Source of the DNA: an uncultured Candidatus Saccharibacteria bacterium
Lineage (GTDB): Bacteria > Patescibacteriota > Minisyncoccia > Phycocordibacterales > DATDWN01
DNA length: 64,000 bases
Reading direction: 5' to 3'
Assembly: GCA_964468795.1 (NCBI GenBank)
Contig: CAYXWL010000002.1
Span: forward strand, 5,459-69,458
Below the pieces are notes generated by a model. That model ran no database searches. It saw only the letters and a program-made list of their open reading frames with translations, and was not told the origin of the DNA. Position numbers and translations under genes: made by a program. This document shows, piece by piece, positions 19,112 to 28,031 of the stretch (position 1 is its first letter; every line of letters starts with the position of its first letter).

Positions 19112-19690
19112 TTATTTTTCTATATTCAATTTATCGTATTCCTGCTTCATCATTTCCTTGGCCCTCATTATTCTAACCCCAACAGTACCTATTGGTATCT
19201 GCAGAATTTCAGCGATTTCCTTATAGCTGAATTCCTCAATATAATATAGAACTAAAATTTCTCTGTACTTCGGATCAATTTTTGACAGAACCTTGTCTAC
19301 AACTTCTTTGACTTCTTTTTGCTCCCTCTCTCTGACGATGGGATCATCGTTTTCTGTCACCGTATGCGACAAGATAGTATCGAAATCGAACAAGTAAAGA
19401 GGGCTTAGAGCGTTCTTTTTTAGAGCATTAACATATGTGTTGTGCGCAATCCTATAAATCCAAGGAGAAAATCTTTGCGATGTGTTAAAGCTTTGTATGT
19501 TTTTGTACGTTTTTATGAAAACATCTTGCACAACATCCTCGATATTGTCCTTGTCGGAAAGAAATTTCCTGCCATATCGAAAAAGCTTTGGCTGATATCT
19601 TTCCATAAGAACGCCGAATTTTTCAGTATCCCCCTTTTGCACCATCTCTGCTAATTTTTCGTCAGAGAGATCTGACTCGCTATTGCTCAT
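19112..19690 (-). CDS. ECF sigma factor (SigW-like)
   Basis: EDVVQDVF, FSPWIYRIAHN, SYKEIAEILQIPIGTV. Confidence 0.93.
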   Translation of the reverse strand: MSNSESDLSDEKLAEMVQKGDTEKFGVLMERYQPKLFRYGRKFLSDKDNIEDVVQDVFIKTYKNIQSFNTSQRFSPWIYRIAHNTYVNALKKNALSPLYLFDFDTILSHTVTENDDPIVREREQKEVKEVVDKVLSKIDPKYREILVLYYIEEFSYKEIAEILQIPIGTVGVRIMRAKEMMKQEYDKLNIEK

Positions 19691-19738
19691 CTCTCTACTA
19701 TACTACTACTACAAAAAAGCACCATTAAATATTCCAGA

Positions 19739-20206
19739 CTAGTTCATCTTTTCTACATGGAAAGTAACAACATAATCTTTCTGAGGAATCTCTCCGGCCT
19801 CTGAATGCTTTGCAGGCTTTACATCCTTGATCAAAATAGAGTATCCCTGAAATTCATAGGCAGTATAATCAGACACCATCTCCCTGTTTTCTTTAACTTT
19901 ATCTATTTCAAGCGCCACATTCAGCTTCACATTTCCTGCCTGGATGCACTCCACATCCGCAGGACACCTGCTGTCTTGACTTACCGATACAAATGCAACT
20001 TTTAAGTCTCCTGATACGGCCTTGTCTCCAACTTTCAGGACCAAATCTCTCGGCTTAGATGGAACGTATGGGCTTTCAACAACCTTGATATCTTTTATTT
20101 TTTGGAATTCTTTTCCAAAATAAAAAGCTGCTGCAAAAGTAAGTACAAATAAAATTACTGCCAAAAGCTTTGAATACCACGTTACCTTGTTCCATTCTAT
20201 AGTCAT
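19739..20206 (-). CDS. Hypothetical membrane-anchored protein
   Basis: TM helix plus DSRCPADVECIQAG motif. Confidence 0.75.
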   Translation of the reverse strand: MTIEWNKVTWYSKLLAVILFVLTFAAAFYFGKEFQKIKDIKVVESPYVPSKPRDLVLKVGDKAVSGDLKVAFVSVSQDSRCPADVECIQAGNVKLNVALEIDKVKENREMVSDYTAYEFQGYSILIKDVKPAKHSEAGEIPQKDYVVTFHVEKMN

Positions 20207-20264
20207 GATTTTAAATATAATAATAGCAAACTGTTAATGCTGGCTATTATTATATAAAATTTTT

Positions 20265-20885
20265 TTAAAATCCTAAATCTTCATTTACAAACACAATCAC
20301 GAACTCGCGACCCATCATTTTATTCTCTTTCTTTAAAATGAGAAGCTTGGAATACATGGTGCCGGGATACCCTACGCTTTTCATTCTCTGATCTTCAAGA
20401 GGTACCACGTATTCATCAATCCTCTTCATGGCCTCATCTAAATTTTTTGCAATTTTTTTAGTGCTTACTACTAGAATTATATGAGTAGAGGTGAAGGCTA
20501 GGTGCGGAAGCTGGCTACCTGTGTTTGAAGCCACTAGAACTTCGCCAGTTTCTGTAACTGCGTGTGCGGATCCTAGATAGTAATCCGAAAGCACAGATTC
20601 CTTTCTCAGCTTATTCTGCTTTTCCTTATCCTGTTCGGCTAAAATATTCGCATGGAGATTGTTCCATCCATGGTCGCCAGATTTTAAGTACTCTAAAAAA
20701 CCAATCTGATTGAGCGTGGTCGAGGCTCCGTTCATGACAGAGGAACCTTTTGGAATAAGACTCTTTATGGCTTCCATGGCTTCCTCCTTTGTCTCGACAG
20801 TCCTCACTATAAAACCGTTATCCTCTAAATTTTTAGTTGCAGTTAAGACAGAATCTGAACTGGCTAATTCAGCAAAATTTTTCAT
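20265..20885 (-). CDS. LUD domain protein
   Basis: GASTTL, AVTETG, SNTGSQL. Confidence 0.8.
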   Translation of the reverse strand: MKNFAELASSDSVLTATKNLEDNGFIVRTVETKEEAMEAIKSLIPKGSSVMNGASTTLNQIGFLEYLKSGDHGWNNLHANILAEQDKEKQNKLRKESVLSDYYLGSAHAVTETGEVLVASNTGSQLPHLAFTSTHIILVVSTKKIAKNLDEAMKRIDEYVVPLEDQRMKSVGYPGTMYSKLLILKKENKMMGREFVIVFVNEDLGF

Positions 20886-20937
20886 GATGAATATAGATTA
20901 AAGTGAATAATTGCTATAATTTTAATTTTGAAATATA

Positions 20938-22215
20938 TTAATGCAACGCCTGAACCCCAATATCTCCTCCCGCTTTTCTACCTCTATGACCTTTTGCAAA
21001 GAGTATAAAGACTATTCCCGAAAGGATTATGATGCCTCCAGAAATAGCCAGTGGTGCATAGTATGCAATCGAAGCGGCAATATAACCTGATAAGACCGGA
21101 GGTACGGACTGAGCCAAGGCTTGGACCGATGCATTGATTCCAAGTATCTCTCCTTGGATTTCAGGCCCAACTGATCTGCTGATCAGGCTTCCGATATTAG
21201 CTTGCGACAATCCCATGCATATTGAGAAAAACGGCGTGATGAGAAGAAGCTGCCACCAGACGGTAGGCAAAAATTGGCAAAGAATAAAAATACCCGTTCC
21301 AATTAGAGAATAATCCAATATTTTTCTTTCATTCCAAATTCCGCTGATTCTCCTTACTATAACTGCCTGAGAAATGGCTATCCAAATTCCGACATAGGCA
21401 AAGTAATCCCCGATATTCCCTTGGGTAAAATGAAAACGGGTTAGAAGAAACACGGCGGAAAAAGTGGTAAAGAAGGTAAAGCCACCTTGAAACAAAAAGT
21501 TGGTTAAAAAGTATGGCACCATGCCTTTTATTCGCAAAGCTTTTCCGATATTTTGAAAAGACTTAAACAGATGAAGCTTGACTTCCTTCCCTTTTGTCTT
21601 AAGTGTTTCCGGAAGCAAAAATATTACTGAAAGAACATTTAACAAGCATAAAATTGCTGCAAACCAAAATGGCGTTGCGGCATTAAACCAAGACAGCACA
21701 CTTGGGTCAGACAACTTTCCACCCAGATAAGGGCCCAATATAAAGCCTATTCCAAATGCCGCACCCATGAGCCCGAAATTCTTTGCTCGATTTTCAGGAG
21801 TAGAAACGTCAGCAATGGCAGCTTGCGCCACTGCGATATTTCCGCCCGTAATTCCATCAAAAGCACGGGATACAAAAAGCAATAACAAGCTTTGTGAATG
21901 GACGCCAATTGCAAACATTACATATGACAGGCAAGTGCCGAAAAGTGAAATAGCCAGCACGGGTTTCCTGCCAAACCTGTCCGACAACTCTCCCAAAATA
22001 GGAGTGGCAAGAAATTGCATAAAAGGAAATATTGCTGTTAAAAAGCCTAGCAATATATAACCTTGACTCACACTGAAACCTTTTGGCAAAAGGTAAAAAG
22101 GAGAGGATGGATTGGCCAGAAGCTGTGGTATGACAGGTATAAGTATACCTATTCCCAGCAAGTCAATAAACACTGTCGCGAGTACGGAAATTAAAACTCT
22201 GTTATTTTTTGGCAT
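20938..22215 (-). CDS. MFS transporter (TetA/DHA1-like)
   Basis: GELSDRFGRKP, AQAAIAD, GFILGP. Confidence 0.92.
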   Translation of the reverse strand: MPKNNRVLISVLATVFIDLLGIGILIPVIPQLLANPSSPFYLLPKGFSVSQGYILLGFLTAIFPFMQFLATPILGELSDRFGRKPVLAISLFGTCLSYVMFAIGVHSQSLLLLFVSRAFDGITGGNIAVAQAAIADVSTPENRAKNFGLMGAAFGIGFILGPYLGGKLSDPSVLSWFNAATPFWFAAILCLLNVLSVIFLLPETLKTKGKEVKLHLFKSFQNIGKALRIKGMVPYFLTNFLFQGGFTFFTTFSAVFLLTRFHFTQGNIGDYFAYVGIWIAISQAVIVRRISGIWNERKILDYSLIGTGIFILCQFLPTVWWQLLLITPFFSICMGLSQANIGSLISRSVGPEIQGEILGINASVQALAQSVPPVLSGYIAASIAYYAPLAISGGIIILSGIVFILFAKGHRGRKAGGDIGVQALH

Positions 22216-22260
22216 TGTGATATTATATCAGAAAGTTATGAAAAGGAGATAAACGAAAAC

Positions 22261-22890
22261 TTAAAACATGACAAGACTATTGAGCAGATTTTGGAAATCA
22301 TTGCGTATCGGTTCGTTTGGAGAATCATACTCAACTGCAAATATATAGATTTTGTAATTATTATTCAGAACCACCACTTCATTCTGGTACAGACCGCTGG
22401 CACTGTATCTTACGCCACTTACTCCGCCGAAAGAGACACTCTCAGGCCTTATTCCGCTCGGCCTGTAATTTGCAACTGCGCTGTTATTATTTATCCATTC
22501 TTGAGCAGAAAGATTCTTGGCGTTTTTGAATATTCTTATGCTGATTGACCGAGGCAGTTCCCTAGGTACAGAACTTTTTTTATATTCCTCATATTCATTT
22601 TTGTAGAACAAAGATATGGATTTTTCAATATCCTTATTCGAATCAAGCGCTGAGGGTGTCTGCTCGATGAGTGCATAACCTTCTGGATCAATCTTATATG
22701 AAAAGCTTATACCAAAATCTTCATTCCAGTATTTTTGAAATGTTGACCCATTGCTTTTATAAATCTGACTGCCTCCTGTCTCGTATTGGTTTCCGCTCAA
22801 TGCTTTGTTCTCTTTATATTTATAAAAGCTACCAATCAGGATTAGTGACAGCACGATGAGACCCAGTATGTATGCAAGATATTTTTTCAT
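22261..22890 (-). CDS. Hypothetical membrane-anchored protein (PsbP-like fold possible)
   Basis: N-terminal TM; FGISFSY...FQNLLNSL. Confidence 0.65.
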   Translation of the reverse strand: MKKYLAYILGLIVLSLILIGSFYKYKENKALSGNQYETGGSQIYKSNGSTFQKYWNEDFGISFSYKIDPEGYALIEQTPSALDSNKDIEKSISLFYKNEYEEYKKSSVPRELPRSISIRIFKNAKNLSAQEWINNNSAVANYRPSGIRPESVSFGGVSGVRYSASGLYQNEVVVLNNNYKIYIFAVEYDSPNEPIRNDFQNLLNSLVMF

Positions 22891-22958
22891 GTTTTTTGTT
22901 TAACCTAATAATGTCTAAAAATAATGATTTATAAATGAAGATATTATATAATTTTTAT

Positions 22959-23378
22959 ATGAGCAGAACAGAGCCAGTAATCAAAGATGCATTCTGGAGA
23001 TACATGACCAATCTTTGGTGCCTTATTGCATACATAGCAATTATATATGATTTTATTTACGATCACGCTCTTGGCCAGTTCCTTGCCTCTATTTTGGTAA
23101 TCTACGTATCCTTGCTTGTCATTTTCGTCGGCGTTAAGGAATTTGAAAGGTGGTATGAAATAAGAAGTGGCAGGCATCCGGGAGAAATATTCGTATTTGG
23201 ATGGACAGCTCTTATGGTTGGATTGGTAATGGCAAAATTTATTTTTCACAAGACTTCTCCCATTCCCGAAGAAGTCCTCTCGACATACATCGCAGTGCTC
23301 AGCATTATGGCCATTAGCCAAAAGTCTAAGAAACTCAAAGCCCAAAAGAAAAAGATTGGAAAGGAAAAAACTATTTGA
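22959..23378 (+). CDS. Hypothetical 4-TM membrane protein
   Basis: Hydrophobic segments; start at MSRTE. Confidence 0.65.
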   Translation: MSRTEPVIKDAFWRYMTNLWCLIAYIAIIYDFIYDHALGQFLASILVIYVSLLVIFVGVKEFERWYEIRSGRHPGEIFVFGWTALMVGLVMAKFIFHKTSPIPEEVLSTYIAVLSIMAISQKSKKLKAQKKKIGKEKTI

Positions 23379-24663
23379 TAGGAGGCTTGCTAGCAGTATT
23401 TTTCAAAGCCTCTATTATGGAAGCGCTCCTGAAATGCTTCGACAATTGGCTTTTCCAGCTTGCCTTGCTTGTGTCCACATCAGGATCAACACCTCTGCCT
23501 TCGATAGGCAGGTTGTCATCCCTCAAGGTTATGCTGTTTACCAGAAGCAAAGAATATTTTGTAGATGTAGATATTTCTGTTGTAATCGGATAAGTATTTT
23601 CTACAGTTCCCCATCCTCTTGTATGAGTTCCTATGATTTTGCCCAAATGTAGCCTTTTAAATGTAGATGATATGACTTCAGCAGTTGATTGACTCATTCC
23701 ATCTGTGATTATTGCCACATCTCCATACCTCACAAGGTCTGCATACTTTGGCTGGACTGTTCTCTGAACATCAAATTTCCCTTGATGGAACAAGTCGAAA
23801 GCGTATTGGTTCTGTCCTGTAAAGAGGCCGACAAAATTCTGCACAAAGTCCAAAGCTCCCCCGACATTTCCCCTCATATCAAGTACCAAGCTATCCAAGT
23901 TTTTTGTTGTGGAAGCATTGTCAATTGCTTTTGCAAATTCATAAAAAGTTGTGGGTGATATCTTGCTTATGTACAAATACAAAGTGTTGCCTATTTTTGA
24001 TGTAAAAATAGTTGGCTCGATTTGATTCTGATCATACAATGTCTTACTGTCAGGATTTGTTAAGACTTTTTTGGCATAGGCGATCTGATCTTTTATTGCC
24101 TCCTTGTCAGTAGATGTTGAACTGTTAATCTCCTCTTGTTTTTTCTTATATGCATTTATAACTTGATCTATATTTGCTCCTTTTTCTATGCCGAGCGTCT
24201 GATAAAGATCTTTGGATGGATTAATATTGCTTACATTCTGTCTCAGATCCTTTTCTTGCTGAGTTGAAAGTATTCCATTCCTTCCAACCGGCTGAAGGTT
24301 GTAAAGGACCACCATTATAGTGTTTAGAGCCAAGTTCTTTTTTGCTTCGGTGGTCGTGGCCAGTTTCATTTCAGAAGCTATCATCTGAGACACCGCTTCT
24401 CTTGTGGATGTCGCCAGCGTCTGAGTCCTGCCTGAAACTTTTTCGAGCGATAGTTTGAAATAATTGTTCAGGTTGTATGAATTCGGGCTGTCAAAATAAT
24501 TGTCGCTAATAAGATCGTATGCTTCCATGCTAAACCTGACATAAACATCTCTCTCTGATTCCGTCTTGTACTTTATTTGCTCTTTTCTAGAGGATGAATA
24601 TGCAAAATAGCCAGCAGTCGCAATAGCAATGATTATAAAAGCTGAAACTAATTTCTTTTGCAT
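23371..24663 (-). CDS. S41-family peptidase with inserted J-like domain
   Basis: LDMRGNVGG, SQSTAE, GRGVDPDV; internal DLYQTLG...AYKK...VLTNPDSKTLYD. Confidence 0.8.
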   Translation of the reverse strand: MQKKLVSAFIIIAIATAGYFAYSSSRKEQIKYKTESERDVYVRFSMEAYDLISDNYFDSPNSYNLNNYFKLSLEKVSGRTQTLATSTREAVSQMIASEMKLATTTEAKKNLALNTIMVVLYNLQPVGRNGILSTQQEKDLRQNVSNINPSKDLYQTLGIEKGANIDQVINAYKKKQEEINSSTSTDKEAIKDQIAYAKKVLTNPDSKTLYDQNQIEPTIFTSKIGNTLYLYISKISPTTFYEFAKAIDNASTTKNLDSLVLDMRGNVGGALDFVQNFVGLFTGQNQYAFDLFHQGKFDVQRTVQPKYADLVRYGDVAIITDGMSQSTAEVISSTFKRLHLGKIIGTHTRGWGTVENTYPITTEISTSTKYSLLLVNSITLRDDNLPIEGRGVDPDVDTSKASWKSQLSKHFRSASIIEALKNTASKPPIK

Positions 24664-24665
24664 CT

Positions 24666-25232
24666 TTACTTTCCTATTTTTCCAGTGAAAATACTAAATT
24701 TCAAATTGCATGGGCAAGTTTTCGGAGTATTTTGCGCTTTGTTAACAGCCTCAGAAACATAATTGAATATTATATAATCATCACCCTTGTAATATGCCCA
24801 CTCGGAACCGCCGGGACCATCTGCCGAAAAGCTAACTTTTTGCAACCACCCCGAATTATTAAGTTTTTCAAAATAATATTCCTGAAAAGGCTTAACGGTC
24901 TTTGATATGTCAGTAATATTCTTTATCTCTTCGGAAACAACTTGAGAGCCAATAAGTCTCTGATCTTTTAAAGTTATGGTACTACTAGATTCCTTGCCCC
25001 ATGTTATCTGTGGGTACAATGGGTAAATGACAGAGTTTAGCAAGCCTTTAAATTCCGGACATTTTGCAAAACTGCATGCAGGTGCAACTCTGCTGACATA
25101 TGAACCGTCTGGACAAATTTGAGCGTCCTGAGCGCAGAAAACTGCCTCCTGCTTAGGGTTAAAATTTTTATATGCAACTACCGCAATAAGAACTATTGAG
25201 ATGACTATTAGAGCTAAGCCTGTTTTGTTCAT
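24666..25232 (-). CDS. Hypothetical exported protein with Cys-rich CPDGS motif
   Basis: CAQDAQICPDGSYVSRVAPACSFAKCP. Confidence 0.75.
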   Translation of the reverse strand: MNKTGLALIVISIVLIAVVAYKNFNPKQEAVFCAQDAQICPDGSYVSRVAPACSFAKCPEFKGLLNSVIYPLYPQITWGKESSSTITLKDQRLIGSQVVSEEIKNITDISKTVKPFQEYYFEKLNNSGWLQKVSFSADGPGGSEWAYYKGDDYIIFNYVSEAVNKAQNTPKTCPCNLKFSIFTGKIGK

Positions 25233-25320
25233 ATAAGCGAAGTTAATTAGTAATTTACCTCGCCTATATTATAGCACTAAGAGATGCAAGACCAAGCAAT
25301 TACGGCATTTGATAATATGA

Positions 25321-25481
25321 CTGTTCTTTGCAGTTAACTTCCTTACACGAAATCTGGCTTTGTTCCTAATCTGGCTTTGGTATTCCGGCTTGGAACAAAG
25401 CCAGATTTCTGTTCTTTGCAGTTAACTTCCTTACACGAAATCTGGCTTTGTTCCAAGCCGGAATACCAAAGCCAGATTAGG
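25321..25481. repeat. Duplication-inversion-duplication
   Basis: 46-nt direct repeat 25321-25366/25409-25454; spacer 25365-25409 is the exact reverse complement of 25437-25481. Confidence 0.9.
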
Positions 25482-25558
25482 TCGAATATGATTAAAAGCA
25501 ATATGCCTCCAATTAGAGCAGATGGAATATTCTTATCTTTTGATAATTTTTCCATCAT
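25343..25558 (-). CDS. Small membrane protein with rearranged C-terminus
   Basis: One TM; the apparent original end EQSYYQMP* survives at 25300-25326. Confidence 0.5.
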   Translation of the reverse strand: MMEKLSKDKNIPSALIGGILLLIIFDLIWLWYSGLEQSQISCKEVNCKEQKSGFVPSRNTKARLGTKPDFV

Positions 25559-25569
25559 GCACATGCATA

Positions 25570-25722
25570 TTATTTAATAGGATTTGTTCCTTGAATAATC
25601 CGGATCAAGAACATAATAATTGCCGCCACCAGTAGCAAATGGATAAACCATCCGATGCTATAAACGCCTACAACACCTAGAAGCCAAAGAATCAATAATA
25701 TTACAGCGATTGTTACTAACAT
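25570..25722 (-). CDS. Lmo0937/DUF5670-like small membrane protein (not in ORF track)
   Basis: Manual translation MLVTIAVILLILWLLG...IHLLLVAAII, 50 aa. Confidence 0.85.
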   Translation of the reverse strand: MLVTIAVILLILWLLGVVGVYSIGWFIHLLLVAAIIMFLIRIIQGTNPIK

Positions 25723-25736
25723 ATATTTTTATTTAA

Positions 25737-25907
25737 TTAATTATTTTTTCGGCGCTTTTTTGAAGCACCAGCTTCTGATAATCCGATAGCGATTGCTTGT
25801 TTGCGAGATGTGACTTTGTTGTTGCCCTTGCCGCTTTTGAGCTTTCCTTCCTTAAACTCGTGCATTACTTTTTTAACTTTCTTCTGCACATTAGTTTTTT
25901 GAGCCAT
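25737..25907 (-). CDS. DUF6496-like small basic protein (not in ORF track)
   Basis: Manual translation KVMHEFKEGKLKSG...SRKQAIAIGLSEAG, 56 aa. Confidence 0.85.
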   Translation of the reverse strand: MAQKTNVQKKVKKVMHEFKEGKLKSGKGNNKVTSRKQAIAIGLSEAGASKKRRKNN

Positions 25908-25912
25908 GGCTA

Positions 25913-26443
25913 TTAAGTTATATTATATGTGCTTACCTCAGATGCACCGCAATCTTCCATGACTCTAGCAACCTCCTTGTCTATATCTTCTTCAGTATCG
26001 ACCGATACGAGGATGTCTCCGGATGAGATGCGCGTAGAATAATATTCTGCCCTTTCCTTTCCTACACCCATATCAACAAGAGCTCCTATAATGCCTCCAG
26101 CGGCAGCCCCCGTCACTGCTCCTGCAGCAGTTGTGCCTACAGCTGTTGTTATGCCCAAAGCGCTAGCAAGAGGTCCCGCAACCACTAATGGTCCGACAAC
26201 GGGGATTATTCCTGCAACAGCAGCAATACCAGCCAGTGCGCCAATAGCCGCTCCAGCTTTAGCCCCAGTTTTTGCTCGTGATGCGTCCTCAGCATCTGCC
26301 GGACTCTCTACAACCTCTTCTTTGTTGTTTTTATACAAATATGAAATGCTGCCCGAATCAACATCTAAGTCGTCTTGCAATTGACTTATAGCTTCTTCGG
26401 CGTCATTTCGATCGCTGAACAAACCCATGGTTATTTTTCTCAT
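25913..26443 (-). CDS. General stress protein with Gly/Ala-rich hairpin
   Basis: GAAIGALAG...IPVVGPLVVAGP...GALVDMG. Confidence 0.8.
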   Translation of the reverse strand: MRKITMGLFSDRNDAEEAISQLQDDLDVDSGSISYLYKNNKEEVVESPADAEDASRAKTGAKAGAAIGALAGIAAVAGIIPVVGPLVVAGPLASALGITTAVGTTAAGAVTGAAAGGIIGALVDMGVGKERAEYYSTRISSGDILVSVDTEEDIDKEVARVMEDCGASEVSTYNIT

Positions 26444-26573
26444 AATTAATTGTTATTATTATTCCTTGCTAACACAAAAATTATCCCATGTGCTGTATGT
26501 ACAATCAGTGAAGAAAGCAAAAAAACGCCTAAGTGGCGTTTTGTTGCTAAAAAATATTCTTTAAATAGGGAAC

Positions 26574-26828
26574 TTAAGATAGGTGCTTTGAAACAAGCTT
26601 TGTCATCTCGAACATGCTAACTGTTGCCTTTCCGCCGAAAACTTTCTTTAGATTTGCATCAGCATTTATGTTTCTCTTGTTCTTTTCGTCCTGTAGTCCG
26701 TTCTTCTTGATATAAGCCCAGATCTTCTTTACGACTTCTGATCGAGGCATAGGACCCTTTCCAACAACTGCAGCCAAGTCTTCGCTTACATTCATTGGCT
26801 TCATAAACGCTGAATTACTTTTTGCCAT
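26574..26828 (-). CDS. SWIB/MDM2 domain protein
   Basis: RSEVVKKIWAYIKKNGLQD...SMFEMTKL. Confidence 0.92.
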   Translation of the reverse strand: MAKSNSAFMKPMNVSEDLAAVVGKGPMPRSEVVKKIWAYIKKNGLQDEKNKRNINADANLKKVFGGKATVSMFEMTKLVSKHLS

Positions 26829-26939
26829 AATTAATTTTTATTATTTATAAATACGTCGGCTATAAACTGACTTTTCTATTATACAATATAGTCTTTTATA
26901 AAGCTAGTGTTTCTAGAGGGAAAAAGATATAATTGTCCT

Positions 26940-27515
26940 ATGACATGGTATGAAAAATTATCTTGGAAGCATTATTTATTAATTGGTATTGGAATTATTA
27001 TTCTTCAAATCGGGGTACTTTCTTGGCAGGGACATATACCTATTTGCTCCTGCGGGCATGTGAGACTGTGGTACGGCGCATTGAACAGCCCCGAGGATTC
27101 TCAGCAGATATCAGATTGGTATACTTTTTCCCATATTATCCATGGCTTTTTATTTTTCTGGCTCCTTGGTCTTGCAACAAAGAAAAAATGGCCGTGGGAG
27201 TTATATCTTGTTTTAGCAATAGCAATAGAAGTCGGATGGGAAATTCTAGAAAATAGCCCTCTGATAATAAACAGGTACAGAGAAACTGCCTCCCTTATGT
27301 ACTATGGAGACAGCATTTTGAATTCTGTATCGGACGTCGTGGCTATGATTCTAGGATTTATTCTTGCAAGCAGACTTAGGGTTTGGATTTCAGTGGCACT
27401 TGTGATAAGCATGGAGCTTTTTACCTTAGACATGATCCGCGATAATCTGACTTTGAACATCCTCATGCTCATTCAGCCATTTGAAGTTATAAAAAACTGG
27501 CAATTAGGCATTTAA
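26940..27515 (+). CDS. DUF2585 family membrane protein
   Basis: SQQISDWYTFSHIIHG, WEILENSP, YYGDS, RDNLTLN. Confidence 0.88.
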   Translation: MTWYEKLSWKHYLLIGIGIIILQIGVLSWQGHIPICSCGHVRLWYGALNSPEDSQQISDWYTFSHIIHGFLFFWLLGLATKKKWPWELYLVLAIAIEVGWEILENSPLIINRYRETASLMYYGDSILNSVSDVVAMILGFILASRLRVWISVALVISMELFTLDMIRDNLTLNILMLIQPFEVIKNWQLGI

Positions 27516-28012
27516 AAGTTCGGTTCATCAGCTGATGGGCCATAAATTGAAGGGACTGGAATATTGTTTAGCCTCATATAAACTGTAAGTTGGCCTCGAT
27601 GATGAACCCAGTGGTTTATCATAGACGAGATGTTGTCCCAATTAGGCAGAGACATCAGCACTTGGTCGTTGTTTTTTAACGAAAAGATTTTTTCCATGTC
27701 CTCATCCTTTGCATTCTCTAAGGCTTTCTTAGCCCTTGAAATGTTTTCATCATAGAATTTAAGCAGATCTTCTGTCGTATCCCATTTAAATCTCGGCCAT
27801 GTTACAAAATCAATATCGCCAACTTCCAAACTATGAGCAATCCATAGCGGCATTTCCGACACTACCTGCACAAGAGATCCCATCTTCATAGATCTGTCGT
27901 GAGGCTTGTATTCCTTTAATGTTGCATCAAACTTTTCAATGCATCTCCTAGTTGCCTTCTCCTCCATCTCCATTTCTTTCAAGAATAATTTTCCAAGTGT
28001 AGTTTTTTCCAT
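27512..28012 (-). CDS. DinB/DUF664 family protein
   Basis: NHWVHHRGQLTVYMRL...PSIYGPSAD. Confidence 0.88.
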   Translation of the reverse strand: MEKTTLGKLFLKEMEMEEKATRRCIEKFDATLKEYKPHDRSMKMGSLVQVVSEMPLWIAHSLEVGDIDFVTWPRFKWDTTEDLLKFYDENISRAKKALENAKDEDMEKIFSLKNNDQVLMSLPNWDNISSMINHWVHHRGQLTVYMRLNNIPVPSIYGPSADEPNF

Positions 28013-28031
28013 TTTTTTATATTAAGAATAA

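Noticed and set aside
25321-25481. CRISPR-like direct repeat
   Set aside because: Only two copies, the 'spacer' is an inverted copy of adjacent sequence, and there are no cas genes
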